The notes under the pieces: generated by a model
The model's database searches: none
The model's input: only the letters and a program-made list of their open reading frames with translations
What the model was told of the DNA's origin: nothing
Assembly: GCF_964355755.1 (NCBI RefSeq)
Contig: NC_092671.1
Coordinates: 26,176,070-26,240,069, forward strand
Length of the DNA: 64,000 bases
Origin: Antedon mediterranea
Taxonomy: Eukaryota; Animalia; Echinodermata
Direction of reading: 5' to 3'
Made by a program: the position numbers and the translations under genes
In this document: positions 37,117 through 51,275 of the stretch, one piece after another
How positions within the stretch are numbered: the first letter of the stretch is position 1
How the letters are laid out: every line of letters begins with the position of its first letter

Positions 37117-38495
37117 AACATAAATACTACTGATAATTTTGACAAAAACCGAAATAAAAGAAGACCAATCGAACCCACATCACTGCTTCCGTTTACTAGC
37201 AATTTAAGGTGCATAGACCAGCCAGTACATAACTCACAGGTGTTCTCAGTGATGTGGGTATCTAGCTAAACAAATTAAATTGAAACCCAACACAAAAAGC
37301 TAGGCCAAAAACAAGGCAAAGCAACCATCACTGAGAAAGCCTAACAAAAGGCAGTGAGAAATGTAAACAAAGGACTTAAGAACAAAATATACTGAGCCTA
37401 GCACATTGATCTAAAAAGATCAAATTTTAAGGCAAAACAAAAAACAAGTGTTAAAATCAGAATGCTCGAAAAGATGTTAGATTAACAAATCCAGAAGAAG
37501 GCAATAAAAAAAAAAGTGAACAATAAAAGGAAATTAAACACTATCCAAGGCAAGCTTATTCAGCGCCAAGCATAGCCCACTTCATGGCTTTCAAGTAAAA
37601 CAACAGTATATACCCATATAAATTCTTACTACACTGATATATAAACTATCTTCATTTGAGTTTGAGGTTTAGAGGTTTGTATGTTTTTGACTGATTAACT
37701 AATTCCATAATGTCACCATACTTCTTTAAGTACAGTTTTAGAATTCATTATAATACAAATATAATTTACTTGTTTGATGCATTGTGAAAAAAAACCAATG
37801 ACGAATTATATACACAGTGCCTTGTCAAAAAACTGATCTCACTGATTGTATTGACATATTTTGAATCGATTTTCAGTAGTTTAAATCCATAAAATCAATG
37901 AATGAATTTAAAAAAAAAGTTACTCTATGGTTGCAGAAATTTATATTTTTTTCTTTTTCACTTCTTACAATTCTGTAATTACCAAAAAGGAAAACAAAAT
38001 CTCAAAAGCATTGTATAATAAGAGGTAAAGACATCTAATCTAGGAATAGTTTAAGAAGAAATATGTATTTATTGTGATTTATTATTCGTTATTACTAGGA
38101 GGATTATGGTCTGTTACCACATAGAAACTATTCTGTTTATTTTATCTTAGTTTATCTATACATATATATATATATAGGCCTAAAAAAACAAAAATCCGTA
38201 ACCGTAAAAGAAATTCACCGGAAGTGAATTCTCTCTCACACAACCGGTTTCTAGTTAAAATTAACCGCTTTTATAAGCTATATTATCAATTTTGTTGGGG
38301 TTTTTGCGGAAGTGAATACTTTTATTAAAACTACCAAAATAGTTTATTCAAAGTTTGATTTTTTTCTCTTCTATATTTTTAATCTTTTGAGGTAATAAAT
38401 TATTTTAAACAATTTCAAAGATTATCTCTAGATAGAATCATATAATTCTTGACGTATAATTATATCCGTAAACTTCTTAAATTGAATTTCTATTT

Positions 38496-38619
38496 TTAGT
38501 CGCGTTGACGCGACTCTATAGTTCACTATGTCGGTCGGTCGGTCTGTCGGTCTGTCGGTCTGTCTGTCGGTCCGGTATCACTATGCGTTTTAGCACGCGA
38601 CTTATGGCTGTTGGCCTTG
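38496..38619 (+). mobile_element. Minimal 124-bp HINE-like element
   Basis: Complete 5' hairpin, (GTCK)n tract, 3' CACGCGACT and terminal stem, between T runs. Confidence 0.8.
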
Positions 38620-39748
38620 TTTTTATCACATGTTAATACAAGATACATATACTAAAACCTCGAATTATTTTATTTATTTTATTTATTACAACCACATCCA
38701 ACAGCGAAAAATCGCCAATTATATTACAGATGCCTCTTTAGATATAAATATAGAATTAAAAGCACATTAAAATACAAAACATGAAACATACAAAATGACA
38801 AACTTAAATCGATTTAAGAACTTTAGATTTAAATTTGGACAAAGTGTAAAAAAACAATATGGATAGTCTTATCTTTAATAGAAATTGAATTGAAAAGCTT
38901 GGATAATCTTTGAATGAAACCATTTTTGACTCGACAACGGGCAAGGGAAAATAAGTCGGTGTTGCGAGAGTTTTTTGAGAGAAAAAAATTACAAAATAAT
39001 ACATTTAAAAAGGGAGTTGAAGCATTTAAAAAGAAATACCAATTCGAAAAAGCTTCTCCGAGTATGAAGCGGAGGAAGATGAATTAAAGGACCTGGTTTG
39101 TTGTGGTTAATAAAGTAAATAAATTTGGATTGGACCCGTTCGAAATATGTTACCCTTTATAAATTGATATTAACTTGTGTTTGTTTTGTTGTTTTACATT
39201 GTCAATAAAGTGAAACTCACATATAATTACATTGAGTACATTGCAAATCCTTCTACTGAAGATGTAAGTGTCATTATACTATGCTTGGTTATCTTTATGT
39301 GGGTTGATATGACGGCATATTCACCAAATTACATGAAAAGTGTAAATTAATCTTCTAGAGCATTCGGGTGGTTACAGTAGCTAGTAGGCCCATGAGATTA
39401 TCACATAATCATTTATATAGTGTTTGTTATTAGTGTGGTGTCGGATCATTTTCTTGTCAGGAATGATTGTTAAACTGAAGGTGTGCTACGGTATAGTATT
39501 TAGTTTATTGGTATTGCATTACTTTAACTAGGCAATAAAGTATGTTTAGAATCTAAATTTTGAGGGCAAACAAACTGGTGATTTTAAAAATATTCCATTG
39601 CAAAATTATGTTCATATTTATAAAATATACAAAGTAATTTATCTATTATCCGTCAATCTCTCCGAGATATCCAAAATAATATCGAAATTTTACGAATACA
39701 ATACAGAAACACTTCTTAACAACAAATTACATTACAAATTTTGAACAA

Positions 39749-40951
39749 CTAGATGGTACGCTCGTTTCGCTCGCGTACCATCTAGTTCGTGCCCACAGAT
39801 GATTCTCGAATACATAGTAATTTCAGCGTAAAAAAACTGGCGATTTCAAATGTACGTACGGCAGGACTATAAAACATTGTCGTTTACAGAAACAAATAAA
39901 TAGACACAATGATTTATGTAGTCAACCAAAATTAACACCTACAAACTTGTCACAAAATGAGTCCAAATTTGTTATTTGGACTCATTTAAACAAACCCAAT
40001 TTTGTATCTATTAGAGTTTAGGGTTTTGTATCTAAAATTAGAGTTGAGCGTTGAGGAAGAGGATAGGTACAAAGAGGAACATTTTTTTAATATATTCTTT
40101 ATTTATTCTTAGGCCTATATTAAATTATTCTTTATATTTCTTTATTAGCCACTCAGTAACGAAATATTTTTTTTATAGGCCTATAAATAATATACCACTA
40201 AATAGAGTAAAACATTTCCGATTTAATACTTTATTAAAACTGTCAATGTCTCATGGTCGATTGAAATAGTAAAGTACGTTTAAAGACCACTAATATGTTT
40301 ATATTTTTGTAATTATTAATTAATACAAACGTTGAGAAACAACTGACAGTAATAAAGTATTATATTAGTATGTGTTTATAATCTAAAAGTAGGGGCTACC
40401 CACACTCACAGTGATAAAGTTTATTAGTATATTTGTTTATATTATATCTAACAGTACCAACACTACCGATCAAAAGTGGTTAATACCTATTTGCAGTATT
40501 GTATAGCATTACAATACTATTTCTGTTTATTCTCCAAGGGTCTATAAATTTACCTACTTGTGTTAAACCATGGAGGTATATAGTTAAACGAAACAATTTG
40601 GAATGTTCCATTCATTGCAAATCAATACATTTGTATAAACGTATATTAAATCTATCAAAATAGTATTTTTTAAAGAAAATCGGCCTGTCTTCAACATTAT
40701 GATGCTGTACTCGAGCTGTTCAACCTGGTTTCAGCCATTAAAAACAGTTATCGTAGGAGGAGATAGGAACATTTGAAATCGCCAGTTTTTTTACGCTGAA
40801 ATTACTGTGTATTCGAGAACCATCTGTGGACACGACCATCTAGTATCCATACATTTACGTAAGGGAAAAATTCGGTAAATCGCGCGTTATTTCTAGAATG
40901 TTTACTTGATGGTATATAAAGTTTTTGCCCTTACGTAAATTTATATATAGA
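39749..40951 (-). mobile_element. Non-autonomous Helitron, rearranged copy
   Basis: Minus strand A|TCTATATA...hairpin...CTAG|T with no TSD; homologous to 57783-59245. Confidence 0.8.
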
Positions 40952-40972
40952 TATAATATATACTGAATTATA

Positions 40973-41295
40973 GATGAGGGCGTATCAATTTGATCTCTGG
41001 TGCGCGTGCGTACAACTGAGGACTAGTTGTGTTCCAACCGTACCACGCCGAGAATGTTAAAGGGTCGTTATCCGATCGAGTTAAAGAACAATACCATGAA
41101 AGCCCCAGAGTGGTCTAATGGTTAGGGCAACTGCATATCAAGCAGACGGTCCGAGTTCGAGTCTCGGTTGGGGCGACTTTTTCTCATTCTCCCAGATTTC
41201 CTCATCTTTATCGTTTCAAAAATTAATTAAATAATTTTCAGTGTATCACCGGGCGGTTTGGAATTTATTTCTATGCCTGTTGTATTTATAGATAT
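40973..41295 (+). mobile_element. Dispersed repeat with an internal tRNA-like module (41102-41175)
   Basis: Shares a ~130-bp leader and a ~100-bp trailer with 56032-56310. Confidence 0.75.
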
Positions 41296-42772
41296 AGATT
41301 GATATAAATTTCTCAATTAAATTAAAATATTAACATTGTTACTTTATAAAATTGTTTATTCGGGCTATTTTTTTTTTTTTTGTAACTTATACTTTCCCCA
41401 AGTCATTCAGGAGCATTTCACCAACACACAATGATTGTCATTGTCTATAGTGTATTTCGTGTCACTTATGAAATATAGAAATGCTCAGCACCCGATTCTC
41501 GGTACGGTATCTTGAATTCTCCATTGGTATTGGTTCGTGCACGTTGGTATTGGTTCGTGTAAGTTAGTATTGGTTCGTGCACTTTTGTTTAATTCGTAAA
41601 CTTTGATATTGGTTTGTAAACTTAATTATGTTAAGTAATACATTTACTCTGATTAATAATATCTAGAATTTGTTTAATTACACTAGCATGCAACATTTTT
41701 AGAAATGAACCGGCAATACTGTAAGTAATTACTTAAATAAATATATTTGTCTTATACCGTAGCCCACGAGATTTTAAAATATGAAAGACGCATTTCTAAG
41801 AACTACCAACTGAAAGTCAATAACTTCTATTAGAGCAAGAGCTTACATCAACTTTTAGTTTCATAGGTTAAATATGGACTAAAGTATTCCACGTGTAGGT
41901 CTAAATTATGGGAGCTTTTTTTCTTCTGGGCCATTCGGTCATTTTTTCATTCATATCATGAAAATATTTCACAGACAATCTTTTTTTAACTTTTATATTT
42001 TTTTTTAAATACATCTCAGTATGGTACTGAGAAAACCGTTTGTCATCAAATCAATCAGTCCAACCAATTATTGACTGAAATGATATCCTGAGATTTATCG
42101 GAGGAAACTACTGTAGTCGGTCGGTTGGCTGACTGTGGATTAAAAACAGATAAATGATTGCCATGTATTATGGAAACAACCGCTCTTTCTGTCATTGACA
42201 AATTACGCAACTTGCACGGATAACACCTTCTGACGTACTATGTTTGCTGAAATTTCACGTTTGGTTACACGGTTGAGTTAAAAATAGAATGAGATCAACC
42301 ATGTCTTCAACGCAACCAATACATAACGAATGATGAGTGAATTAAAGTAACCTCAGAAATAATTAATGAGTTATTTATATATATATATATATTCTAATAC
42401 AAATAGTGCAAACAGATATTTGTTTGCTATGTTTTCGTCCGGTATATCTGGAAAATCGGATTTAAAAATGTATTCATACTGACTGATATAAGGACATTAT
42501 TAATTAATTATTCATTTTTGTCTATACCAGACATGATGTGTTGCCTTCGTTCCACTGACATATCTGGTCCATAATTCTGCACCAAGATTTACTCTTTGAA
42601 ACTAACTTCTACTCAACCAACTTTCGATTCATTTAAAATCTATTAATTAAAAAAAACTTACCTGCACAGATAAATTCACGATAAAATGTACCTTTATATG
42701 TGCTGTTCCGCCGTACCACGCCGAGAATGTTAAAGAGTTGCTATCCAATCGAGTTCGAACAATACCATGAAA

Positions 42773-42844
42773 GCCCCAGTGGTCTAATGGTTAGGACATC
42801 TGCATATCAAGCAGGAGGTCCGAGTTCGAGTCTCGGTTGGGGCG
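42773..42844 (+). pseudogene. tRNA-like sequence (ATC anticodon, Asp-like) within the repeat copy 42700-42960
   Basis: Folds by eye into a 72-nt cloverleaf: GCCCCAG/TTGGGGC, TCTGC-ATATCAA-GCAGG, CCGAG-TTCGAGT-CTCGG; followed by TTTTT. Confidence 0.65.
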
Positions 42845-42951
42845 ACTTTTTCTCATTTTCACAGATTTCCTCATCTTTATCGTTTCAAATTAATTAATTA
42901 AATTTCAGTATATCACCGGGCGGTTTAGAATTAATGTTCTTTGTCTGATTT

Positions 42952-42993
<42 letters not shown>

Positions 42994-43161
42994 CAATGAA
43001 GTTGCGTAGCACTGTGTGTGTGTGTGTATTTACAGTATGATTTATATAATGATTTATATATAATTTACACAAACAGTGCTCATATTCGGAACATGATCTC
43101 ATAATCGCGTCGAGCATAGCTCATTGGCGAAAGTTCCGTATTTTTTAGTTGTATGAAAAAA

Positions 43162-43233
43162 TGTCTCTGGCGGGATTCGAACCTGCAACCTCTCGCTTAC
43201 AGGGCGAGTATCATACCACTAGACCACAGAGCC
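43162..43233 (-). pseudogene. tRNA-derived sequence (Pro-like body, atypical anticodon loop CCTGTAA)
   Basis: GGCTCTGTGGTCTAGTGGTATGATACTCGCCCTGTAAGCGAGAGGTTGCAGGTTCGAATCCCGCCAGAGACA followed by T6; intact A and B boxes. Confidence 0.65.
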
Positions 43234-43531
43234 ATGTATGGTATTATCACAGATTTTCACCCACCAGATACATTCTCTCATACAACAAACGCCCTCACAA
43301 TCAGTGGAGGCTTATATATATATATAAATCCAAAGGCAAATTACTGAAAAAAATGACAATGCTGTGGATCTCAATGGAGATACAAAAATAAAAAGCGAAA
43401 AGCTAAATCAAAACGATAAAGTAAACAGCCAGAAAAGTTAGCAGAGCTTTCGGGCAACACTAGCCCTTCATCAGTGCAAGTGATATATATATTTATTTTC
43501 GGAAATAAAAATAGTATTATTGTTATTAAAT

Positions 43532-43806
43532 AGTGGAGCTGTAGCTTGGTGGTCAATGTGCTTGCCTCCCAATCCCCATGTCCAGGGTCAATCCTGACCT
43601 AGTGCCAAGGTTGTATCTCATGACTCTTTCAATTCCACTCCATACTTCGTCGATGAAGTGTAAATGGGGTCTTAGTCTATAAGTAAGTCTGGACTCGCTG
43701 TCGAATGTGTATGAAATAATAATATCTGTGTTGTATGAATATAAGTAGTGTGTCGTTTTTACGGCCCGCAAGTAAGCATTGAAAATGCTTACTGGACTTA
43801 TTAAAT
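43532..43806 (+). mobile_element. Degenerate tRNA-derived SINE
   Basis: A-box-like TAGCTTGGTGG, decayed B box, GTGTAAATGGGG core motif; head region resembles 63883-63980. Confidence 0.45.
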
Positions 43807-44771
43807 CTCAACCCTAATCATTAAATGTACGTTCGGTTGTATCTTAAGATTCCAGGCTAGTGATCTGGATTGGTTCTACTTTTAAATAATGACTAACTAG
43901 CGTGGAGACTCAATTAGCGAGAGAAATATAGAATACTCATGCAATATAATGTTTAACTGAAGAAGCATCAGCCGAGATTAAAATACTTTAAATATCTAAT
44001 AGGTATAATTAACATTTGGTTATTTGATACGTACACTTCGGTTTTAAGGCAAATATTAACTGTCGACTTAAATATACAGGCTTGCCAGAGAGTGAAAAAG
44101 TCGCTCCAACGAAGACTAGTTTTGCGTACAGTGGAGTCTGGGCCAAACGCTAAGTGAATTGGAGCGGCAAACATTATAGTGCTAGCATTTTAAATGGCAT
44201 AGCTTGCCGCACCTACCATTGATTATGTGAGGATAGGATTTGGATAAAAGGTTTACAGTAAATCAATCTCATGGAAATTCAACTTATTAGTACATTTTTA
44301 TTATTACTGTATTATTGTTGTTGTGTCGTTGGTTGTGTGATTACACATAATGTTGGCAATTTTCTTTCTTTTTAACGTAGCCTATTTTTCCCCAGAATAT
44401 AGATTTGTCCTCAAAAACGTCTGTTACTGATTCATCTTAAATTACTAATCAAATATATTCTTCTTTTATTGCACTTTATAATGTCATCGACATTGTTATC
44501 TGTTGTGGATATCATATATGTTTTTTCGTACTACGAACTCAAAAGTGTGTTACTTAGGCCTACATTTGGAACGGCTCATAATAATGTGTAATGATCAATG
44601 TGAAACACGTGACCATAGATATTCACATATGAATTTGAGCTAACAATGGATAATCTAAACTATTCTAAACTAGAGGAGATTTATACAATAGAGGGCGATA
44701 TGTATAAACCTCGTGGATGAAAACTATGTTGTTATCATTGTATCTTTATATTAAACTACTATCAGAAAAAA

Positions 44772-45107
44772 ATATGTGGTGGTTTTAAAGAATCTATTAA
44801 TTCAATCTATAAAATAGTATTCCTCGATCTAAACTTAGTCAATAGTTTACTATAGGCGTTTGAGTCTGAAAGTCGTTTATAATACAGTACCTACTAATTA
44901 AACTACATATCAGTATCAATTTCCATACGTTTACAACAATTATATGTGGTGGTTTTAAAGAATCTATTAATTCAATCTATAAAAGAGCTTTCCTCGATCT
45001 AAACTTAGTCAATAGTTCACTATAGGCGTTTGAGTCTGAAAGTCGTTTATAATACAGTACCTACTAATTAAACTACATATCAGTATCAATTTCCATACGT
45101 TTACAAT
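44772..45107. repeat. 170-bp tandem duplication
   Basis: ATATGTGGTGGTTTTAAAGAATC at 44772 and 44942. Confidence 0.95.
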
Positions 45108-48100
45108 GTATTTCATTTAATGTATAATCACTTTTTAATATACTGTACTTTCGATGCTGTTTTGTCTACTTTATACAGTACCGGTATATCTATATATACA
45201 TTTTTTTCTCTCAAAAATATAATAATAAAGGCATCGTTGCTATTAATCTTAGACGATTGCCTTCATAATCGTTCAATTAAGACTAGATTACATTAAACAT
45301 AATAATTCAATGTTTACTTTTCTTGAGTTTATGTTCAGGATAAGTCATTAAGTACATCCACAAATATCAAACAAGATTAATACAAATAAAATTAACAATT
45401 ATTTTCTGTTCGTCTTTCGTGATTGTGCTAACATTCTTTTTTTCCCTTCTTGAGGTTCTTTATATTACGTACTTATTAGTATTAGAATATGGAGTAAATA
45501 AATATTGGATTGAAGTAACAAATGATATAAACTATATACAATAGTACCGAGCGTTGTTGCTTATTGTAACAAGAATAAACGCGAATATAATTATAACGAA
45601 ATTGCACTCTTGATGAATAATGACCTACTACTACCGAGGTTTGTTATTAATTATTTACTTTTCAATAATACATGTATTAATTACTACTACACTCGTTGAT
45701 ACAAAGTTTACTATGTGTGTAATTCTGAAAAGAACTGTTGTTGTTTCTCTCTCGATCATAAACTCATCATAACATAAATCATTTATCTTCCAATGAATCA
45801 CTGGTTTATTTTTAAATCTTTTTGATTGTGATTATTTTGCTATCACATTGTATTCTTAAAAAAGAGATCGTAGTAAAAAATGCATAATGGCCAACATTTT
45901 ATCTTAAGTGTGTATGTGTGTACAGGTATATATATTCAGCGAAAAATCTTAAGGCTTTTAAAGCAAACGTGCTAAATTTCCATTCGTGATATAAGAAGAA
46001 ACATCCTATGAATGAATGTATAGGCTATACTAATTAATATATTACTAATTCAGGAATATTGTTAATACTGTAAATTTACCCTACAACCTGGGATGACTGT
46101 TTACCGGACGTGGATAATTCCTTCAAAATCCTAATTATTAATTATAAAAGGAATGAAAAGAAAATCTGTATTTTGAAATAAATCCACATAATTAGTGAAT
46201 TTTCTCTTTTTTTAGTAACGTTTTTAAAAATGTTTCTCACAAAAGATACAATTCTCTTCATTTAACGATTGAATAACAATTCATATTTGTTTTATAACAC
46301 ACCTATTTTATTTAATTATACTACCTTCGTTGAATGACATTTCAAAGGCTAGGGCCTGCACTGGTGCTTGGATTTTGGCGTCGCCTAAAAATCTTAAAAT
46401 GTTTACAAAATGCTGGTCGTGCAATAGAACCATTTAATTAATCTTTACCGAGTAATAATATCATTGGATACAAAATCACTGCACAGTAAAGCCATTGAAA
46501 AAAAACATTACCATGCAATTGTATACAAATAATGAATGGTTCAAGATACGACATTCAGCATTAACACCGCTGTCTATTCATAATATTACGAACGATTCTC
46601 AATTATAAGTAAATAAAATTATGTCGTTTATGTCGATAATAAAGAAAGCTCCAGCTGATCGTCGAGGGACAAATCAATTAGTATTTCTGTATTTTACTAT
46701 CAGTACATAATCGGTGAGCGATATCGGATTAGTTATCGATATTATACATTGCAGTAGTATATAAACAACGTTACAAACAAAATAAATAAAAGAAATTAAC
46801 AAAATTAACATAATAGTGTATGGCTAATTTCAAAGCAATTAACTATTTAACTATTCTAATCTGTCTTGAGTGATAGTTTGGGGAAAATCCCATGCTGTTC
46901 CCCGGGTTCACTTCTTCATTAATAGATTAAAGACAGATAAACTCAATATACAATTACCGATGTTATAGGCCTGTGTATTTTATACTATTGTTTTTTCTAA
47001 GTGTCTGAGGTATGTTTATCTCATATCACTACGAAGAAATGACTAACTATAATCAGACTGATTTTAAATGAACTGATTTTAAAATCAGCAGTCTGGTGGA
47101 AAAAAATCATTAGAAAGTTTAGGTTAATTTTGTCTAGCCTCATAATGTAAGTCATGACTGATGGCACTGCGCTAAACCTAGAATAGTACATTCGTACAAA
47201 ATAGTTTTTAAATTAAAAGAAAAACATTTTTAAGACGTTTAAAATACACTTACCTAGGCCCTGTTTTTATGAATAGTCCTAATACGGATTTTGTTGAATA
47301 TCCGCCTAGCTTAGACACGTGTTCTCGTCTCTGTCAGGTAAGTATTACAATATCAATCAACAGTACGCTGCCCAGTATGATATGCACTACAGACACTGTT
47401 AATATTTGTTCCAACGTGCATACTCCAGAGTAATGATTAAAGCCAGCAATTCTCGCACAGCGTTTATATAATCTTGGACAAACCAAGAAGACACGGAGCA
47501 TGCGTGATTAAGTTTTTATTAAGATTAATGACGTAAACAATGTCTTATAATAACGTTGATAGATGTTGAATAATAGAACTTTAATAGATAATTATAGTTT
47601 TCTATAAGTATTATTGGTTGATTGAATATGTGATATATGACTGACTTACACATCCCTTTCTCACTCAATAAACAAAAATCCCCTCCTCCACACTATTCAG
47701 TCTCTACTCTAACACCCCCATCTCATTCTACCCCACTACATTTTTTCTACCCACAATCATCATCAATTTTTGGTTTATCTTTCTTTCTTTCATTAAGGTT
47801 TGTAAAACAAATCATGAGAAAGAAATGATCATGTACAGCAAATTAATTATTACCTTTCTTAATTTATCCATGACAACACTGAGATTAATGCTAAGTTTGA
47901 AATATTTTACTCTGAGACAAACAGGACAAAAATATATGAATAAGTGCAGTGCAATGTTATTTGCACGGCGTCGTCATTTGTTTCACTGGTGCGATTTTGT
48001 TTCACTCCAACCAATAATAATAATAATATGCCCATGGTGTCATAGAAAAAAAATCAGTCTATTTGAAACATTAATAATATTGAATTGAGATTCAGTCGGT

Positions 48101-48910
48101 ATTTAAATTAACCTCCAGGTTACTAATTAATATTAGTTTGTTTCACATCTGGGAGTAAAGAAAATGTATTTTATACTCTTTGTGGTGTTTTTGTAAAGCG
48201 GTGCTGCTTAGTGAAGAAAGATTTCTGATAACGATACATTAATTATTGCATTTATTCGTTTCATTAAGGATAATCATTCTAGTTTCTAGTAATCAGATTT
48301 CTTTCATTATAGTCTTTAAATTCAGTTTTTCTCTCTCGATACTATTGTTTGGTAATTGTCCCCGGGAATTTCATCTATGATTTTAAAGGAACTAATTGTC
48401 ATTACTAACGATTATTATATAATTGTATAATAGATTTTAAAATTCAGTGACAGATTTGGTAAAAATGTATAAGCATATATACTTTTATATTGAGTATCTA
48501 TAACATTTACGTACAAAAATAAAATCCAATTTAATGTTATCGTAACACGTTCGGAGTAGTCTATTTATTATGCTTTAATAATTGTACTATATACAGACGA
48601 TAAAGAATGAAGATAAATATTTAACTGGAAAATTATTACTTTTTTGTTGAACCAAAACAATACATACATTGGTATAAATATCTTTAGTGACGTTATACAA
48701 ATTGTGTATGTGTTTTTTTTTTACGTAGAAGTAATTATTTTCCAGCTAATTATATTCGGAACAAGATGAATTTATTTAATAGTGATAAATATTTACATTT
48801 TTCTTACAGAAAACAAATGAAATCGAAAATATGTGTTCATAGAATGATATATTAACCATTTATGCTGTCTTTGATGAACATTATTGTTTTAAACAAAATT
48901 GCTTTTACAA

Positions 48911-50402
48911 ACTAGAAAGCCACTCCGAGAGTGCATACCTCCGCCTACTGTAAAATTTTCCTACATAAGATTTCTTCGGTAAAAAATATATATATATATA
49001 TATGTATTTGTGTGTGTCTTAATACTGTTTGTGATTGAGGTTAATTTCACTACAAGCACGTGTATGTGAGTTTGGTGTAATGGTTATGTAACAAGCCTTT
49101 CAATTAACAATAGCTTCAATTGACTAACAATAGAACAGCAACGCGAAAATCAAACATGTGAATTTGAAAAGAAATAGGTTTTTATACTACTCGCATCAAA
49201 AAACGTGCACATTAAATCAAATTATGTTTTAAAATTACAAATCACAAATTATAACTCTTGCCTCTTGTACAAAAATGAAGTTTTTTGGACAAGTAGTTCT
49301 CGAGAACATTTGGGACCATGGTCCCAAATGGTCCCAACATTTAATGGAATGGTCCTTGACCACATATCTATCTGTATATTTATTTTGGTAAAGATGTTGT
49401 AATTGCTTTTTGAGTAATCCTACTAACAAACAAACAAATGAAAGCACTCAGAAACTGAGTGAAGTACTTGGCAAAAATATATCCACTGATTGGGAGCATG
49501 TTGAAAGATACATTTTTTTGCTTTATGTATTAGCTTTACATGGTTTATAATTTGGTTAAATAATTTTAATACAAACAATCCCGGCATTACAATAATGACC
49601 TTTCTGAACTAAAGATTAACCAGAATAATGGTCAAGGAGTGTCTTGAAGCTGTGCCTTAACCCATGTAGTAAGCTTGACCGCTCAGTCAGTCGACTAATA
49701 TTTTGGTCACTGTCAAAGAATATGTCCAGGTTAAAAGAATACAGAGTGTGCTATTTAATATATCGATGGAAGATAATCTTTTGTGACATGATCAATATAT
49801 CAATTTTCCTGAAATCAATAGGCATGTTCTGACAGTAAGTATATACCTATGCAGAGAATGAAATAATTATCAACTAACAATAGTCTCATTTGACTAGCAA
49901 TGGAACAGCAACGCGAAAAACAAGTGGGTGGATTTTAAAAGAAATAGGTTTTTTTAAACTACTCTTATTAAAAAGCCGGTACATTAAATTAAGTTGTGTT
50001 TTAAAATTACAAATTCAAAAATTATAACCCTTGCCTCTTGTCCAAAAATGAGTTTTTATGGAAAAGTAGTTCTCGAGAAAATGCAATTTCAGTACACTTG
50101 TCACTTCAAGACTGTTCACCGGCTTTTGAAAATTGTCTCCTATCTTTTAACACTAGGCGGTCTGAAAATAATATCATTTTTGTTATTTGTGAAGTGATTA
50201 TTAAACCAATTTACTTGATTTTCAATAGGCATGGTCTGCCTCTCTACACCCCAAAAATTCAGAACGATAACTTGAAAACTGTATAGGCGCTATCGTGCTA
50301 ACAAACAAACAAACAAACATACATACAAACAAAGTAAATACTATACTTATTTTGCCAAGTAAACAAACACACGCTACCGATTACATATACCTCCTTGGCG
50401 GA
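48911..50402 (-). mobile_element. Second-family Helentron-type non-autonomous element
   Basis: Minus-strand 5' TCCGCCAAGGAGG, (GTTT)n microsatellite near 50300, 3' GGCGGAGGTA, hairpin CACTCTCGGAGTG and CTAG before a T run; internal diverged duplication 49105-49305 / 49870-50080. Confidence 0.65.
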
Positions 50403-50714
50403 ATCTCATCTGACTGAATTCTAAAATGGGCGGACACAATTCAAAACATTTCGTAAAATAACCGTCTCGAATACCTACGGCGGCTATCTCAGATATTCTA
50501 GGAATTATTTGATAAGATCATATTTGGACGTACTTTACGGTATTTTTTTTAGCACGACAAAATTGATTGATAGCAATCATTCAAGTTCAACTAAGACAAA
50601 GACTCAAAGTCACTTCCGGATTTGCGCCCTCTTGCGATTTGCGACCTCTTGCAGCGATCCAAGTAATAAAATAGTTATTTGAAGCCTGCAAATATCAATT
50701 ACCAACATTAAATT

Positions 50715-51275
50715 ATATACAAATAATGAATATTTATGAGTTTAATGGTACAAATAATAGCATGAGGTGAATGATGAAAGGATATATAACCTTTCATCAT
50801 TCACCAAATGTCATTATTTGTACCATTACACGAATATAAAACATTCATTAGGCCTATTTATTTTATATAACATCTAGATTCCTGTCATTTGAATCAAATA
50901 AAAGGTAGGCCTAGCCTAAGGTCCATATTTGACAAATGATTCACATTGATTAAAACAGTAACATTTGGTTTTTAATAATATATTAACTATTATATTTGTA
51001 TGGATTTTATAAACACACCTACTGCAGTGTTAATTATTGTTACATCGCAAAACCAGTTATAACATTCAATTCGCGGCGAAAGTACAAATAGGTGGCGCTG
51101 TTGTATTTCAAAAGCAATAGTATAAAAAAAATATTTTCCAAACGCGAAATGTATTTTTTTTTCGTACACGAAAAAAGGTACTATTAAACGATCGTTTAAT
51201 AGTGCGTCCTATTACACGCTATGTGACCCACAATCGTCCAATAAAATGTCAGGAATTTGTTTAGGTGTTATATAA
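50715..51275 (-). mobile_element. Third copy of the palindrome-ended element (palindrome centre deleted)
   Basis: Reverse complement of the head, body and palindrome arms of 28420-29965. Confidence 0.7.

Noticed and set aside
42655-47345. Isolated strong splice donors (minus ~42661 and ~47253; plus ~47338)
   Set aside because: They could not be linked to an acceptor and open frame; they may be UTR exons or chance matches.
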